A DNA stretch of 63,704 nucleotides, filler included, from Octopus bimaculoides (GCF_001194135.2; 7 parts of 5 records of this genome joined end to end with filler, not necessarily neighbours in it); one strand, 5' to 3'; shown: positions 25,003-38,867, numbered from the whole stretch's first letter. Translations and numbers: made by a program. The notes: generated by a model from the sequence alone, not told the origin.

Positions 25003-25420
25003 ATATCATTATCATCATCATTTAACATCTGTTGCCCATGCTGGCATGGGTTGGATGGTTTGAGCAAGGCTGGCAAGCTGGGAGGCTGCACCAAACTCCA
25101 GTCTGATTTGGCATGATTTCTATGGCTGGATGCCCTTCCTAATGCCAACCATTCTGAGAATGTAATGGGTGCTTTTACATGCCACCAGCATGGATGCCAT
25201 TTGCATGACACCAGTATCTGACACAACTGCAGTTTTGCTCAGCTTGATGGGTTTTCTTTTCAAGCATGACATAATGCCAAAGGTCTTGGTCATTGGCTCC
25301 GTGAGGCCAAACACTTGAAAGCAGCTCATCCACTTTGCCTCTGTGAGGCCTAATGCTTGAAAGCTGCTTTTTACATGCCACTGGCATGGGTGCTAATAAT
25401 GTGACACCAGCATCAGCCAT
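25003..25420 (-). mobile_element. RTE-clade LINE 3' end fragments
   Basis: atcatcatcatttaacatc...ccatgctggcatgggttgga...ggatgcccttcctaatgccaacc matches 20752-20945. Confidence 0.75.
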
Positions 25421-25454
25421 GACTATATACATATATACATACATATATATATCA

Positions 25455-25760
25455 AGTGTGGCTCTGTGGTAGATTGCTTCCCAACCACATTGTTCTAAGT
25501 TCAGTCCCACTGTGTGGAACCTTGGGCAAGTGTCTTCTACTATAGCATCAGGCTGACCAAAGCCCTATGAATGGATTTGGCTAATGGAAAAAGCCTGTAT
25601 ATGTATGTATGCGTGTGCGTGTGTGTGTGTGTGTGTATGTGTCTTTGTGTCTATCTATGTTTATTGCCCACCAATGCTTGACAACTGGTGTTGGTGTGTT
25701 TTTGTCCCTGTAACTTAGCAGTTTGACGAAAGAGATCGATAGAATAAGTACCAGACTTAA
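25455..25760 (+). mobile_element. tRNA-derived SINE family B (CORE-like)
   Basis: gtggctctgtggtag...ttcagtcccactgtgtggaaccttgggcaagtgtcttctactatagc...cttgacaactggtg...gtaacttagcagtttg...gatagaataagtac; aligns with 47142-47545. Confidence 0.85.
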
Positions 25761-25984
25761 NNNNNNNNNNNNNNNNNNNNNNNNNNNNNNNNNNNNNNNN
25801 NNNNNNNNNNNNNNNNNNNNNNNNNNNNNNNNNNNNNNNNNNNNNNNNNNNNNNNNNNNNNNNNNNNNNNNNNNNNNNNNNNNNNNNNNNNNNNNNNNNN
25901 NNNNNNNNNNNNNNNNNNNNNNNNNNNNNNNNNNNNNNNNNNNNNNNNNNNNNNNNNNNNNNNNNNNNNNNNNNNNNNNNNNNN

Positions 25985-26037
<53 letters not shown>

Positions 26038-27644
26038 CATATATATTATGTATGTATGTATATATATGTATGTATGTATGTTTATATGTATGCAGAACTG
26101 GCATAGCAGCATCGTAGGCCACTGTGCAAATCAATGCATTGGGCCCTAAGGTAATCTTCTATTTATAAGAATCCATAGTATACAGAGATCAAATTTGGGC
26201 CCCTAGACCTAAAACTTCACTGTATGCATGCATATACTATAATCACAGGATAATGTTAGCAATTGTTTATTGTCATCAAAATTATGAATGCTCCTTAACA
26301 TTGCATTCACTTTATGTTATCAGTTGATTATTATTATTGATAAAGCTTATTCTCAAACCAATCTCAATGAATGACTTCCACAGTATATACATGCATGCAT
26401 ATATATATAATACACAAACACACCCACAGATATATACATTAGGATGGAGTGGTTTTCCACGATATTTTTATTTCATGATGGGCGTAGTGCAGAAAAGTTG
26501 TGAATGGACATGAAGATAACTGGTGTAAAATCTTAGAATTTTGTGACAATATCTTCTGTCTCTGCTAATGTATTGAATAATGGAAAAAGTGGAAAAAAAA
26601 ACACCTCTACTTATTTATTAGCTATAATAATAAATAATAAATGCACCCTTTTAAAGCCTAGCCAGGCTCATGGGCTCGGTTTCTATGGCGTATGTGTTCC
26701 CCAGCTGTATGTAAAAGGCTGTAACTAAACACCATAAGCATTTTGTTTCATGAGTTAGTGATTCTGTCAATCCCTACAAATGAATCTCTTAGAAATAGCA
26801 GTCAAATCTTCTTAAATTGCACTATAGGTGATATTGGAGAACATAGTCTTAGATATAATATCTACAAAATGAAAAAGTGAGATAGAAAGAAACGACATGA
26901 TTGCCACATCTGGAATATTTTTTATCATAGGTCTGTTCAATCTAGTCCTACCTTGGGCTAGTAAACAGCAACAATCTGATCTTTATGGCTGCCATCACAG
27001 ATTTCATATTTTTCCAATTTTGTTCAAATTGTTTTCAAACTTGGTTAAACTGATCTAATTTTGTATGCTAATTATGAAAATGAAATTCATTTTTGTCATA
27101 AACTAATAAATAAAAAGTTAATAGCTTTTAAAGTTACAAATTTTGAATAATTTTAGCCAATCAAAAGCCACCATTATACAACATGAATGTAAATTTCACA
27201 TTGGTCCCTGTTTCCATCGAAACAAGCAAAGCTGTAGTCTGCCCTGTTTGCGATGCTGTATGCATGCCACTGTGACACTCACTACTGCAACTACCACCAC
27301 CACCACCACAAGTTTTGATCAAAATTATTTTGTGACAGTCAGTATCATGCAGAAAATATCACTTCACTTTCTGATTCTTGTTTTCTGATTAGCTAAAAAT
27401 GATCAAACTTTGAACCTCTGTAACATTTTTTTTTTCCTAATTTTTTTTTCTTAGAATAAATGAATCCCAAATTCAGACTCAGCATGAAAAATTAAACCAA
27501 TATACCAAATTTGAAAATTTTCACTTAATTTTAAAATTTCCAAANNNNNNNNNNNNNNNNNNNNNNNNNNNNNNNNNNNNNNNNNNNNTTAATTAATTAA
27601 NNNNNNNNNNNNNNNNNNNNNNNNNNNNNNNNNNNNNNNNNNNN

Positions 27645-27805
27645 AAAAAAAACAACAGACGAGGACAGGTGGTGTAAAAAACAAAAGGATGTATTAGTAT
27701 GACGCTCGGGAATACGGAAAGTCTTTAACGTTTCGAGCTACGCTCTTCAACAGAAAGAATACGGAGAAAACAAGGAGAAAAACACGGAGAAAAAATGGAT
27801 AGTCA
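27645..27805 (-). mobile_element. Probable PLE terminus with hammerhead-like motif (non-canonical core)
   Basis: Minus strand 27758-27722 reads tcttt-CUGUUGA-a-gagc-gta-gctc-GAA-acgt-U-aaaga. Confidence 0.5.
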
Positions 27806-27814
27806 CCAGTATGT

Positions 27815-28025
27815 ATATGTTTGTGTGTGTGTTTTTCCTCCAACCATCGCTTGACAACCGATATTCGTGTGTTTACGTCCCCGTAACTCTGCGGTTTGGC
27901 AAAAGATAGCGATAGAATAAGTACTAGGCTTACAAACAATAAATCCTGGGGTCGACATATTCGACTACAAAGGCGATACTCCAGCATAGCCACAGTCAGA
28001 TGACTGAAGGAAATAAACGAATACA
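27815..28025 (+). mobile_element. SINE family B, 3' half
   Basis: catcgcttgacaaccga...tttacgtccccgtaact...gatagaataagtactaggcttaca..aataaatcctggggtcga...ctccagcat..cc.cagtca.atgactgaa matches 47350-47520. Confidence 0.85.
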
Positions 28026-29757
28026 TATACAGACACTGGTGTCGCGCCACACCACATTGGGGTGGTTGGAAAAGTGACTTGTTAATTTTTATTTTTGTGA
28101 CGCATCATGCGATCGAAAGTGAATGAAACCAGATGTTATATGTTATATTTTAATTGCATTAAATATTACGATTTTAATTAACTAAAAATATTGGAAATTA
28201 ATTTTTGCTGTTAACCTTTTCACTATTATTCAAGTGTAATATTCATACGCATTCTGTCACACTGATTTAAATCGTACATAATTTTAGATATTATATAATA
28301 TAATATATTATGCAACATTGGTAATTTCCTATTTTGTGCAACCGGTTTAGACGTACACTTTACGAGCCCAGCGTTGCATGAATCAAAGATAATTGCCGTT
28401 GAAATCCACAGACAATAACTACAACTAATGATAACACCTGACGTTTAGCAACATTAATTCTGCAGAGTTCTTGATTTATTCCATACCTGCATATTTTAGA
28501 TTAAAAGTTGCATTAAAATAAATGTTTCTGGATTGTTTTGCAATTTGATTTCTAGTTTTATGACATAAATCTCTGCTATAATCCACATTTTAGTATTCCA
28601 TCATTAATGGCGTGACAAAAGACGACAGATCTCCGTATCCAATAGATTTTCGCCATGCAAAATTCATGCTTTAAATTCCTATTAACACTATAACGGCCAT
28701 TAACAGTCCCACCACATTAGAGCAGCATATTCTACACAGAACTAATTTCTACACATTCTGACATCTCTGATGTTGCTCACTGTAAAATATCCCTAGCAAA
28801 CACACTTTAAAGTGTCATCAATGGCTTTCAATATGTTCCTTTGATTCTGCTACTCTTGCGAGTTGATTTTGAAAACCTGCTCTGTTGTAGAAATGGAAGA
28901 TAATAAGATTAATAATTCCCTGATAAATTAATATAATTCCCTTGAAAGCAATGAAATTCGAAAACGCTATACCATTTGAGAAATGCAATTATACCTGATT
29001 GAAAAATAATGGTATTATGATGGAGGAATTTGGGGTGATGTGTGATAGTAAAAGTCAGGAAAGAAAAGCAGCACTCGTATGGCTTGGTGATCTGTTTTAG
29101 TGCCCAGGTTTTAGGAGCTCGAATTTGCTCCGAACGGTTCTGGTTCACAATGTTAAACAAAACATTGTTAGAGGCTATAAATCTGCTTGAACTAAAAGAG
29201 GAACGTACTTAGAGTTTCGTCATTCTAGTCCTGAAACCTGTTCAGCCATTACACAAAAGGTAAAGCAGACGACACTTCACCGAAGAACTGATCATCGGTT
29301 GTAGTAGAACCTCCATATCAACAGGCTGACTTGCAAGATCACAGAGCAGATTTGCAATTTAAAATACATGCTTTTACTTACGTGAGTTGTTGAGAAATGC
29401 TAATGCGCTTTCACTTTATGTATCCTCTGGATTTGAATCTCTCTCTCATATGGCTCAGGTGGAATTTGTCAACTATGATGCGAGTAGTACAGATATTTCT
29501 TTCATAGCATTGGGTGGCGAGAACCATGTTTTCTATGGAGAAAATCTTTTTGATTACGGTGTCTCGTTCAGGTTGTAATATTTGTTACCCAGACAAGTGT
29601 TCAAATGCGTGTAGAAATATATATCAATCAATCTATCTATCTATGTATGTATGTATCTGTCTATCTATATGTGTCTATAAAAATATGTCTGTGTGTGCGT
29701 TCACATAGACAGAAGGGGCTTACAAATAAAAGATAGAGACTGAAAGATATACACATA

Positions 29758-29796
<39 letters not shown>

Positions 29797-30505
29797 GCGC
29801 GGATGTATTTATGCGCTGTGTGTCTGTGTGCTTGTCTGTGTGTGTATCTGTGTGTGTCTGAGTGTCACTAAACAACAAAATATATATAAAACACAATCTA
29901 CCATTACAAATGATTTGTAGATTTTCTTTTCAATGCGAAATATCCTGCTTTTCTTCTGCAACATTCCTCTATCTTTTATTCAAATCCAATATGATTCCAA
30001 AAACTCTTCCTTTACTGTAACTTTTGTAAAGCTCTAAAAACAGTTCCATAATGAATCCAACGTTATTGATACATAGATTTCTCTCCGTTATTGATTGGTA
30101 AAATGCCAGCATTTACCGATCTATAGCAGCTGTGTTATTGAGAGGAAAGCTTGTGCATGGTTTATATAAAGGAAACTACAGAATAATGACTCATGGAAAC
30201 TTCTATAAGTAACCCTAGGTCAATGGAAAACTTGTATGGCTTTTGGGAATGTTCAAGTATGGAATAGAAATTTGTCAAAGGTTCAGGAGAATGTGATTGG
30301 CTACGGTGGCCATTGGTGTGATCAGCGTGGATTTCAACTGAAGCATTCAACGGTGGTAAATTCACTTACGCACACGGTGTTGAATTGATAAATGGGGCTG
30401 CAGAAAAATATCATTATTATTATTATTATTATATTATTATCATTATTATTATTACTATTATCATCATCATCATCATCATCGTAATCATCATCATCATCAC
30501 AACCA

Positions 30506-30542
<37 letters not shown>

Positions 30543-31169
30543 CAACAACAACATGCTATTTACTGATTATTATTTCCATTAAGTATATTTTATACGCAAA
30601 ATAAATCTTTGTCCATATTGCTACACCCGTTCAGGTCGATGAAAGAAAAATATGAAAATATAAGGAAGGGAAAATTAGGTACGCCATAGAATAAGCAGTA
30701 ACTGGACATGTTAAAACTTTGATGCAACGAAACACTGCGTGAAGAGAGAATTGTATAAATACATAATAATTAAAATGCTTATATTTAATCGGAAACATGT
30801 TATAGGACATAGGATAAGCATCTGCAACACAGTGAAGGGCCCAAAATGTTGGTGAACTGTAGGACTACACGTTTTTCAGATATTTGAGTTTCTTTCTAGG
30901 CAAATTTCTAATCGGAAAGAAACTGTGGTGAGTTTTTAAGCAAACAAACCTACGTTACCTAAAAACAGACGAAGAGGAAGTTAATATATTTTAACGGTTG
31001 AAGATGGTAAACACATCAGCAGTCTTCTGAATTGTATAGCTGTTTTACCATTTGGAGCATCTGCCAATCCATTTGTTGGGGAAGAAACTGATTTAAATGG
31101 TTTGCATGTACTTGTTATTCTAACGCCACATGTGAGAAAAGAACAGTACGGCGTGGTAGATAATGTGCG

Positions 31170-31475
31170 AATATACATCAAGTACCAGTTGAGCACTGGT
31201 TAGATGCAATTGAATTAGCCTATCTCCCAAAATTGCTGGCCTTGTGCCAACATTTTGAAACCAATATTTAAGGTGGCGAGCTGTCAGAATCGTTACCGCA
31301 CCGGTTAAAACGTTTAGCGGAATTCGTCCGTATTTACGTTCTGAGTTGAATATCCACCGAGGATATTCACCTTTCATTCCATCGTGGTCAAGAAAATAAG
31401 TACCAGTTGAATATTGGGGTCTATGTTATCGCCTAGACCCACCAACCAAACTTGCTGTCCTTGTGCGCTTAGTAG
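31170..31475 (+). mobile_element. Two tandem SINE family A copies (tail type ii)
   Basis: caagtaccagttgagcactgg...ccaaaattgctggccttgtgcc, then ggtggcgagctgtcagaatcgtta...tacgttctgagttgaat...aagtaccagttg; followed by (AAT)n. Confidence 0.75.
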
Positions 31476-31543
31476 AATTAATAATAATAATAATAATAAT
31501 TATAATAATGATAATAATGATGATAGTAATAATAATAATAATG

Positions 31544-31585
<42 letters not shown>

Positions 31586-34500
31586 GAAAAGAATCGTAAC
31601 ATCTGGCTACACAAGTAGCTTTAGATGCCAAGAACACTCCTATTGGGTTACAGCAAGTAATATTAGATGTCAAGAACCCTCATAAGTTCCCAATGCACCT
31701 TTAACTACTGGGATACACTCCCCCCCCCCGCCATTTCCAAAGAGTCTCTGTTCACAGCAGTGAACAAGACAAAGAGGCACAACTCTTCTATGAACTGATT
31801 TTGCGTCGTTCAATTTATTTAATTTTAGACTAAATATATGACCACACTTTTATCCTCCCGAGTAACATTGAAATTGTGGCACAGCACCAGTTGTTGAAGT
31901 TGTAGAAATTTCTTCTGCTATTGTTCTTGTGCTTGTTATTGGGTTGTCTTTTAGTGTTAGATATCGAATATTCTATCCTATTTTTCGGTTTATACATATG
32001 TATATAACTGATATTCTAAAAGTATTGTTATACTGCGTTGCCGATGGCACCATCATACTAATTCCCACAATGTCACCGTCATATTTTGCTAGGTTTCATT
32101 TTTGTCCTGAAGCGAATCTTGGTTTGGTGCAGTAACCAATTAGATAAAATTCTTCAGTATTACGCTAATGTATTAACAAATAGAATTTTTCCCGAATATT
32201 CTTTCACCTTTACTTTTCTGGTTTGCAGTAACATCTTTAAACAGCATGTTAAAATATGAATTCTAGTACACATGATATGCGAAGTAAATCAACAAGCTTT
32301 TGCACATGGCGGATGTCGAGTATTATACAGCATGTGATAACTAACTAGATGTTCCATATATCATTCTTGGATACAACTAGAAACATTATCGTTTATGTTC
32401 CCTGGAGTGATTCAACAACCATTATACTAACCCAAGTTACCCGAAAGTGTTTCATGTAACCCCAGCTTGCGATCAGTTAGCACTGCCTCTCGATGTACCG
32501 CTGCTTTCAAGGCCTGCTCCTCTTAATTCTCAGTATCCTTGAGACAACCTACATTGTCTCCACAGCCAACCTAGTGGTTTTATACCTACTTGTCCCTGTG
32601 ATGTTACGCATGTTGTAAGATTTGCAGAAGGGATGACCTAAAACCCCCTCTACACTCCGCATCTATGGGATCACACATTGTCTATCACTTACTGCTTTGG
32701 CCTAAATCTGTCAATTCAGAATATCTAATATTACACGTTACACAACTAGAGACAGAAGGAAAACGTCTTTAATATAGAATTCCAAAAGCAATTTCGTACC
32801 AAAAATACTAAAGCGACTTGAAAAAGCTACCCTAAAACCAGAATTTTCAGCCGTTGTGGAAAATGGTAACCTATAAAGAAGAAATCTCAATTTGCTGGGA
32901 AGGCTCATAACTGCACAACTCAAATATTATACTCCAAGTTTAATATTACTGGAAAGTGGAGGATAATTGAAATAAAAAAAAACAACACACTGAAACATAA
33001 ATATCACTAGAAATGTAATTTTAAAATGACTGGGGATTCTTAAGAAAGAAGTTATACGTTCTCTAATTGGCAAAACCTGCCGATATGATTTCTACACTCA
33101 GACATGACATGTGATTAATTATTATGAACCGGCTTCAGAAATCGTGTGGCAAAACATATTGCAATGATGCCTCATATTCAATTATATGGGGATTTATAAT
33201 CACGAGGTTTATCGAAAATTGTTCAGAAATTATTTTAGAAGTGATCAGAGCAATGATTTTTGTTTTTTCGTCGATATATCAAAATCAATAAATAACTACT
33301 AAAAGAAGAAAACTATCGTAATAAATCTGGAGAAAACGATAATCAGAATGCAGAGCTTGAAAACAGGAAAGAAAGAAATCATCTTGTGAAATTACAAAAT
33401 CAACAACCAACAAATATATAATTGAAAAATTTCTCCGACTTAATCCAGCTACAGGCTACTCAAAACATAATGTTGTTACGTATTACAAGCATATTACAAT
33501 ATTCAAAGCCTTACTCATATTTACACAACACACCAAATGCATACTGCTGATTAGTGCATATATATGCACACATCATATTCCCTATAATAGTACTGCTAAG
33601 CACTGAACACATACTACATGCAATAATTTTAATACAATGGCCCTGATTCCACATTTTCTGTATCGCACATCTCGCCATAGAAACTTACCATAATTTATTT
33701 CATTTCTTTTTCATTTAATGCCTTGCCTTTAGCAGCAAACTATTCTTTCTGCAGTTTAGGACTGTATTTCATGCATATTTCGCATGTTCTCTTAAACCTT
33801 GTTTCCCACTATGGGGTTGCCAATCTGGCCCCTGTTTCAATTATAATTCCATCACTCATTCTGAAAACATGATTTAGTACTTGTTCTGAAATTCACTATT
33901 GATATTCCTCTTCCCTGTTTTCCTGAGTTCGAACTGTGAATGTAAGTAGTTTCGTTCTTGTTTTCAGCCCCAAGTAAGTGCAAATGGAGCCTACCAGATT
34001 CCAGCCCGGATTAGCCATTTCTTATTCATATTGTTCAGGTAAACCAATGGTGTGTTATCCAGGGATGTCCTTCCGACAGTTGGTACGCATTGGAGTTGGG
34101 ATTTATATAACTGCTATGTCTAGCATATCGGGTGACCATATAAATGTCTGGCACCAAATCTCAACAAAAAAAATGAACATAACGAGTACCAGCCCCAGCA
34201 GCACCACCACCTGCATCCCGAGTAACAGAAATTTCTATCATATAAATTATCACCGGCTCCACACCCCACCATCTCAGCAATATTCATACCAACAATTACT
34301 ACCACCTACCATCACCACCACCTCTCTTCAATGGGCTCAATCCCATTGAAACTTCAAAACTTCTTGGGGCATCTGGAAATCCCATGCAAGACTGAACATG
34401 CACCGCAAAGTGATGAACTTCCTGTTGGTTTAATAACAGCAACAACAACTTTAACGAAAACAAATAAATACGTATGAAATACATTCTTGCGTACGCTATT

Positions 34501-35285
34501 GACATTGGAATCAAGACGGTTCATTGCATAAACACTAGTTGGCAGGAAAGATGGAATGAAATTATGTAGGATTGATGGAATGATGGAATGCAATTTTCGT
34601 TAAGTGCAAGAAGCAATCATTTTAAACAATATGGTTTAATGAAATTAAATGCTTGATTTTAATGAAAGCCATCGCGTTAATCCACTAATTAATACACATT
34701 GGAAGTTTTTCATCTGCCAGTATCGTCAGTGTTGTTTATTTTCAGCTACTTCCCACCCCGTCTCTGCAAACTCAGGGTTATGCTGCAAACGTTTGTCAAT
34801 GTTTACTAGACTATTTATTGATGTAATAATGTGGCATTTTCCTAATATTGCCGTTCGAGTGCGGTGTATTTTGTGTGATTTTTGTTGCTGTTTTTGGCAA
34901 CGATAGCAGATGGCTGGTGTGCGGGAGAAAGTGATGGAAGTGGTGTCGTAGGAGTAGGTTAATAATTGGTTTGGGGGGATATATCGCAGAAAGATCCGGG
35001 TATGTTCATAGGCACTGCTCATATAGCACATGAAATTAAAAATGAGACGATAGGACGAGAGAAAATATGAGAAAATGTGTGAAAGAAGAAGGTACAAATG
35101 GTGGAAGGCTGGAAACTCGGAAAACGAAAAAGAAAACAGAAAGAAGTAAGTCTGGGTATGAGGAGCTGGAGTTATTTTCCATTTGATTGTAAAATATGAG
35201 ACTGAAAAATAGTGGCTTAGACTCTGTGCATAGCTGTTCATTTAAGAGAGGGTGATACTTTCACTTTGCTCAACAGGAACTTAAC

Positions 35286-35569
35286 CATATGCTTACGACC
35301 GCTGAAAATTTCGGATCTAGAATTCAGTAGTGTATGGGAGTTCCTAGATCTGAAACGGATGAGTTCTTTCAGCTACTCACAGCTTACATTTTCTGATCCG
35401 TTAACATATGGTGTGGGTTCTTCGATTATTTTCCACTTTACAATATGTGGTGTTGTGCTTGATTTCAAACCCAGCAGGTCGCTACCTAATTTAGTAGCTT
35501 TACTTATCTAAGAATTCAAACACACAGTTCAATTCTAGATCCGAAATTTTCAGCGGTTGTAAGAATATG
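35286..35569. mobile_element. MITE-like element with 39-bp terminal inverted repeats
   Basis: catatgcttacgaccgctgaaaatttcggatctagaatt (35286-35324) versus aattctagatccgaaattttcagcggttgtaagaatatg (35531-35569): 37/39 complementary. Confidence 0.75.
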
Positions 35570-36825
35570 CCTATGTTCTTTTGGCGAACTAAAAAGTGCC
35601 ACCCACTCTAGACTGAAAAAAAAAAACAGAACCAAATATTCTAGGCCTCTATCTTTTCAGCCTTATGTTTTACGGTCAAAGGGGTACTAACTTTAAATCC
35701 CCCACGTTTGCTTCTTTCTCTTTTCTTTGTCCTTTTCCAGTTTTTCAAACATCCGCCTTTTATATCAACTTTTTTCTCACCTTTTCTCACTTTTTCTCTC
35801 ATCCTAACGTCGCACTTGGAATTTGTTAGGCCATGTGGGCAGTGCATGAAGTTTCCGATGAAACACCAGACATTTCAAAGAATATAGTCGAAAAGAAAAG
35901 GCAAAGATTTTGGCAAAACCTGACAAGGACATTTAATTAAGCAATATAATGAGGGGGTTAGATAGTCTCTCACAGATGTTTCTTGAGCATCCCTGCAATT
36001 GGAACATCCTTATGAGCGAAGATTTCATAGTCTGAGTATCCCGTCATCGGAGAGAGATAGCTTAGGTTAATCATACGTAGCAGTCAAACAAAAGCTGTGG
36101 TTCCTTATGTCTCAAAGGTGAGGGGATATCCAATAAAACCCAGTTAGATTGGATTTTCCTTAAGTAAATCGTAATCCATGTCGAACGGAAATGCGTGGTA
36201 GCCATTCCGAGCTTGGACTAATGAATACATATATCAATTAATGTAAACAGCCATGCGCAATGCGATACCATAAAGGAAAAATATAATTGACACTAAATGC
36301 GACTAAGGGTGTCACAACACCTACATTGCTAGAAAAAAGAATTAAAATGCTGTAATGTTTTGGGCCGAAACGATCCTCCTTAGACAAGCTAGTCCTGACG
36401 AGCTCCCTATCCAGAACCAAATTGATGCCGAACTTAGTGTAGACACCCGATCGTTATAGAAGACCGACTACCAGGAGTCCCATCCTCAAACCGGCCAACC
36501 AACCGGGTAGCTAGATTACAGGAGCATACCACAACTGTATGAAAAGCACATAGATGTATACATATATGTTGAGAGGGGCTGCATGACATTCGAGTGATAG
36601 GTTACTAAACATATCTGCTTTTAGTAGGGTATATGTTCATGAAACATTTCGGCTTGCTAGCATTTGTCAAACTGTCTGCATGCACGCCGAAACTTCGAGG
36701 TCACAGGCAATATTTCCATTCTAAATACAAACAACCAAGTGTAAACACACGCATATACACACACATATACACAAATATATATTTAGACCTATGTGGGTGT
36801 ATTAAACACTTGTGTATGCATTATA

Positions 36826-36881
<56 letters not shown>

Positions 36882-37889
36882 TTCTGCCTCTGTGTGCGTA
36901 ATCTGTGTCCTTAGCATGTGCGCTTGATTGCTCGTATTGTTGTGTGTGTTTTGTGTTCTACAACAACTGGCTGGGAATTTCAGCAACGTCTTCAAAGCAA
37001 ATACACGTTACGACACATTGGTTAACATCCTCGGATACCCAGTAACAAGAAATAAGTAAAGAAAAACAACACGAAGATGCCTTAAGATATTGATACTGAT
37101 ACTGTTGATGTAAATCTGACATCAGAGTGTGAGTGACCTGAGCAAACTGTGTGATACTTTGAATAGAGGCTGTGGTGCGTGATTTCCAGTATCTAGTACC
37201 CAAATGTTGATCATAAAATATCATAGCTTAATTGTCAGTTAATATACTTCACAATAGAGTAAGTTTAAAGAGTTAGTATTTACAATCAGTTGTGGCATTA
37301 ATATGCCTACAAGCTGTTCTATTTATTTAGAAATGAAAACTAGCGATGATGTCAAAGTGTTTATAGAAGCCGTTTGAAATGCGATACGTCTCATCCGGAT
37401 GAGTCTTCCAGTTTTTCATCCTTTACAGTGTATATTACTCTGTTAATTGTGTAAATAAATGGCGATATTTGCAATATACGTTCTCTTCATGTACATACGC
37501 AACTGAGATTTCTATAACAGACTGTTATCTGAGATAACAATAATGTACAATGATGTTTAAATCGAGTTATATGGCATTTCGTCATGATTGTCGAGTATGT
37601 AAGCGCGCAGCAGAGACGTCTCATCTTGACAGTCACTTTGAATAACGCCATTGCATTCCAGTAAGAAGCAGACATTCATACGCCCGCACGTTTACAGAGG
37701 AATACAAACACATATACTTATATTCGTGTGTGTGTTTATAAGTGCAGATGAATAAAGCTGGAGGCTATAGTATAAATATATATATATATNNNNNNNNNNN
37801 NNNNNNNNNNNNNNNNNNNNNNNNNNNNNNNNNTTAATTAATTAANNNNNNNNNNNNNNNNNNNNNNNNNNNNNNNNNNNNNNNNNNNN

Positions 37890-38005
37890 ATGCCTGGTAC
37901 TTATTCTATGGGTCTCTTCTGTCAAAAAGCTAATTCACAGGGACGTAAACAAACTAGCACCTGTTCTCAAGCGGTGTTAGAGGACAATCACAGACACAAA
38001 CACAC
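37890..38005 (-). mobile_element. SINE family B fragment
   Basis: ggtacttattctat.ggtctctt...gctaa.t.acagggacgtaaaca.actagca...ttctcaagcggtgtt.gaggacaa is the reverse complement of the family B body. Confidence 0.7.
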
Positions 38006-38454
38006 AGGCGGAGGTCTACAATCCGCTGTCCATTCAAGTTGAATTTTCTCCGCTTTGATGAGGTTTTTTGCAATTTTTTTTACCACGGCTTTCAAAGTGA
38101 TGCGGCGAATCATTTAATGATGCGGGAAGAAGGGAATTCCCGAGGGCTGGGAGAAGGGATTTTCACAGCTACGTTTAAAATATCCACGAATGTCCATTTC
38201 AAATCAAGTTAGGTTCGAATCTTTAAAAATTAGATACAAAAAAATGTTCAGTCCAAAACAAAAAGCAAACTTTCAAGTTATGCATTTTTGAAAAATAGAC
38301 GTGACATTTCGATTTATCCAATCGAAATATTGCAACAGCTAAGAGTGAAATATAGAATTAAAATACAGAATCTATAATTCAAACTGTAAAGTCAAAATAC
38401 GAAAGATGCAAAATATGAAGAGTTTCCTACCTTTCTCTACACACACAGACTCCT

Positions 38455-38495
<41 letters not shown>

Positions 38496-38867
38496 CGTGT
38501 GCACGCGCGCATTGTTTTGGGTACAGAAGGAATTTTGTCTTCAGTTTTTATTGCCTATGGAGGTCAAAGGCCACTGCTCTGGGTACAAAGTGACCAGCTT
38601 TTCAACAACATCAAATAATAACGCCTAATATTATTTATATATATATATATATATATATTTATATAATGACATGATCTACAAGAAACGTTTCTTATTATTC
38701 CTCCCAGAATTAAATAAAGATATTGTTAAGATCGTTGGAAGATGTGTGCATTTACCATTTGTAACTTGTCTCCCCATTCACACACGCGCACGTCTATTTG
38801 TCTGTCTGTCTGTCTGTCTGTCTGTATGTATGTATGTATGTATGTATGTATGTATGTACGTATGTAT

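Noticed and set aside
31240-31275. KYWFQN peptide in ORF 31120-31377, reminiscent of homeodomain helix 3
   Set aside because: It is the antisense of a SINE A tail; no RR/K continuation or upstream helices.
33025-33060. WGFLRKK/WGILKK-like stretch suggestive of a Tc1 transposase
   Set aside because: Too short; no DD34E context or TIRs found.
33760-33830. Minus-strand TCEICMKY, resembling an integrase zinc-finger CxxC
   Set aside because: An isolated motif with stops on both sides and no HHCC or DDE context.
34880-34930. PAICYRCQK in ORF 34726-35241, resembling a gag-like zinc knuckle
   Set aside because: The His and last Cys of CCHC are absent and the surrounding frame is low-complexity; at most an unidentifiable LINE ORF1 fossil.
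36362-36410. ccGAAACgatc...CUGACGAgctccc, a possible permuted (type II) hammerhead
   Set aside because: Stem I cannot pair and stem II needs a bulge at the core; not supportable.
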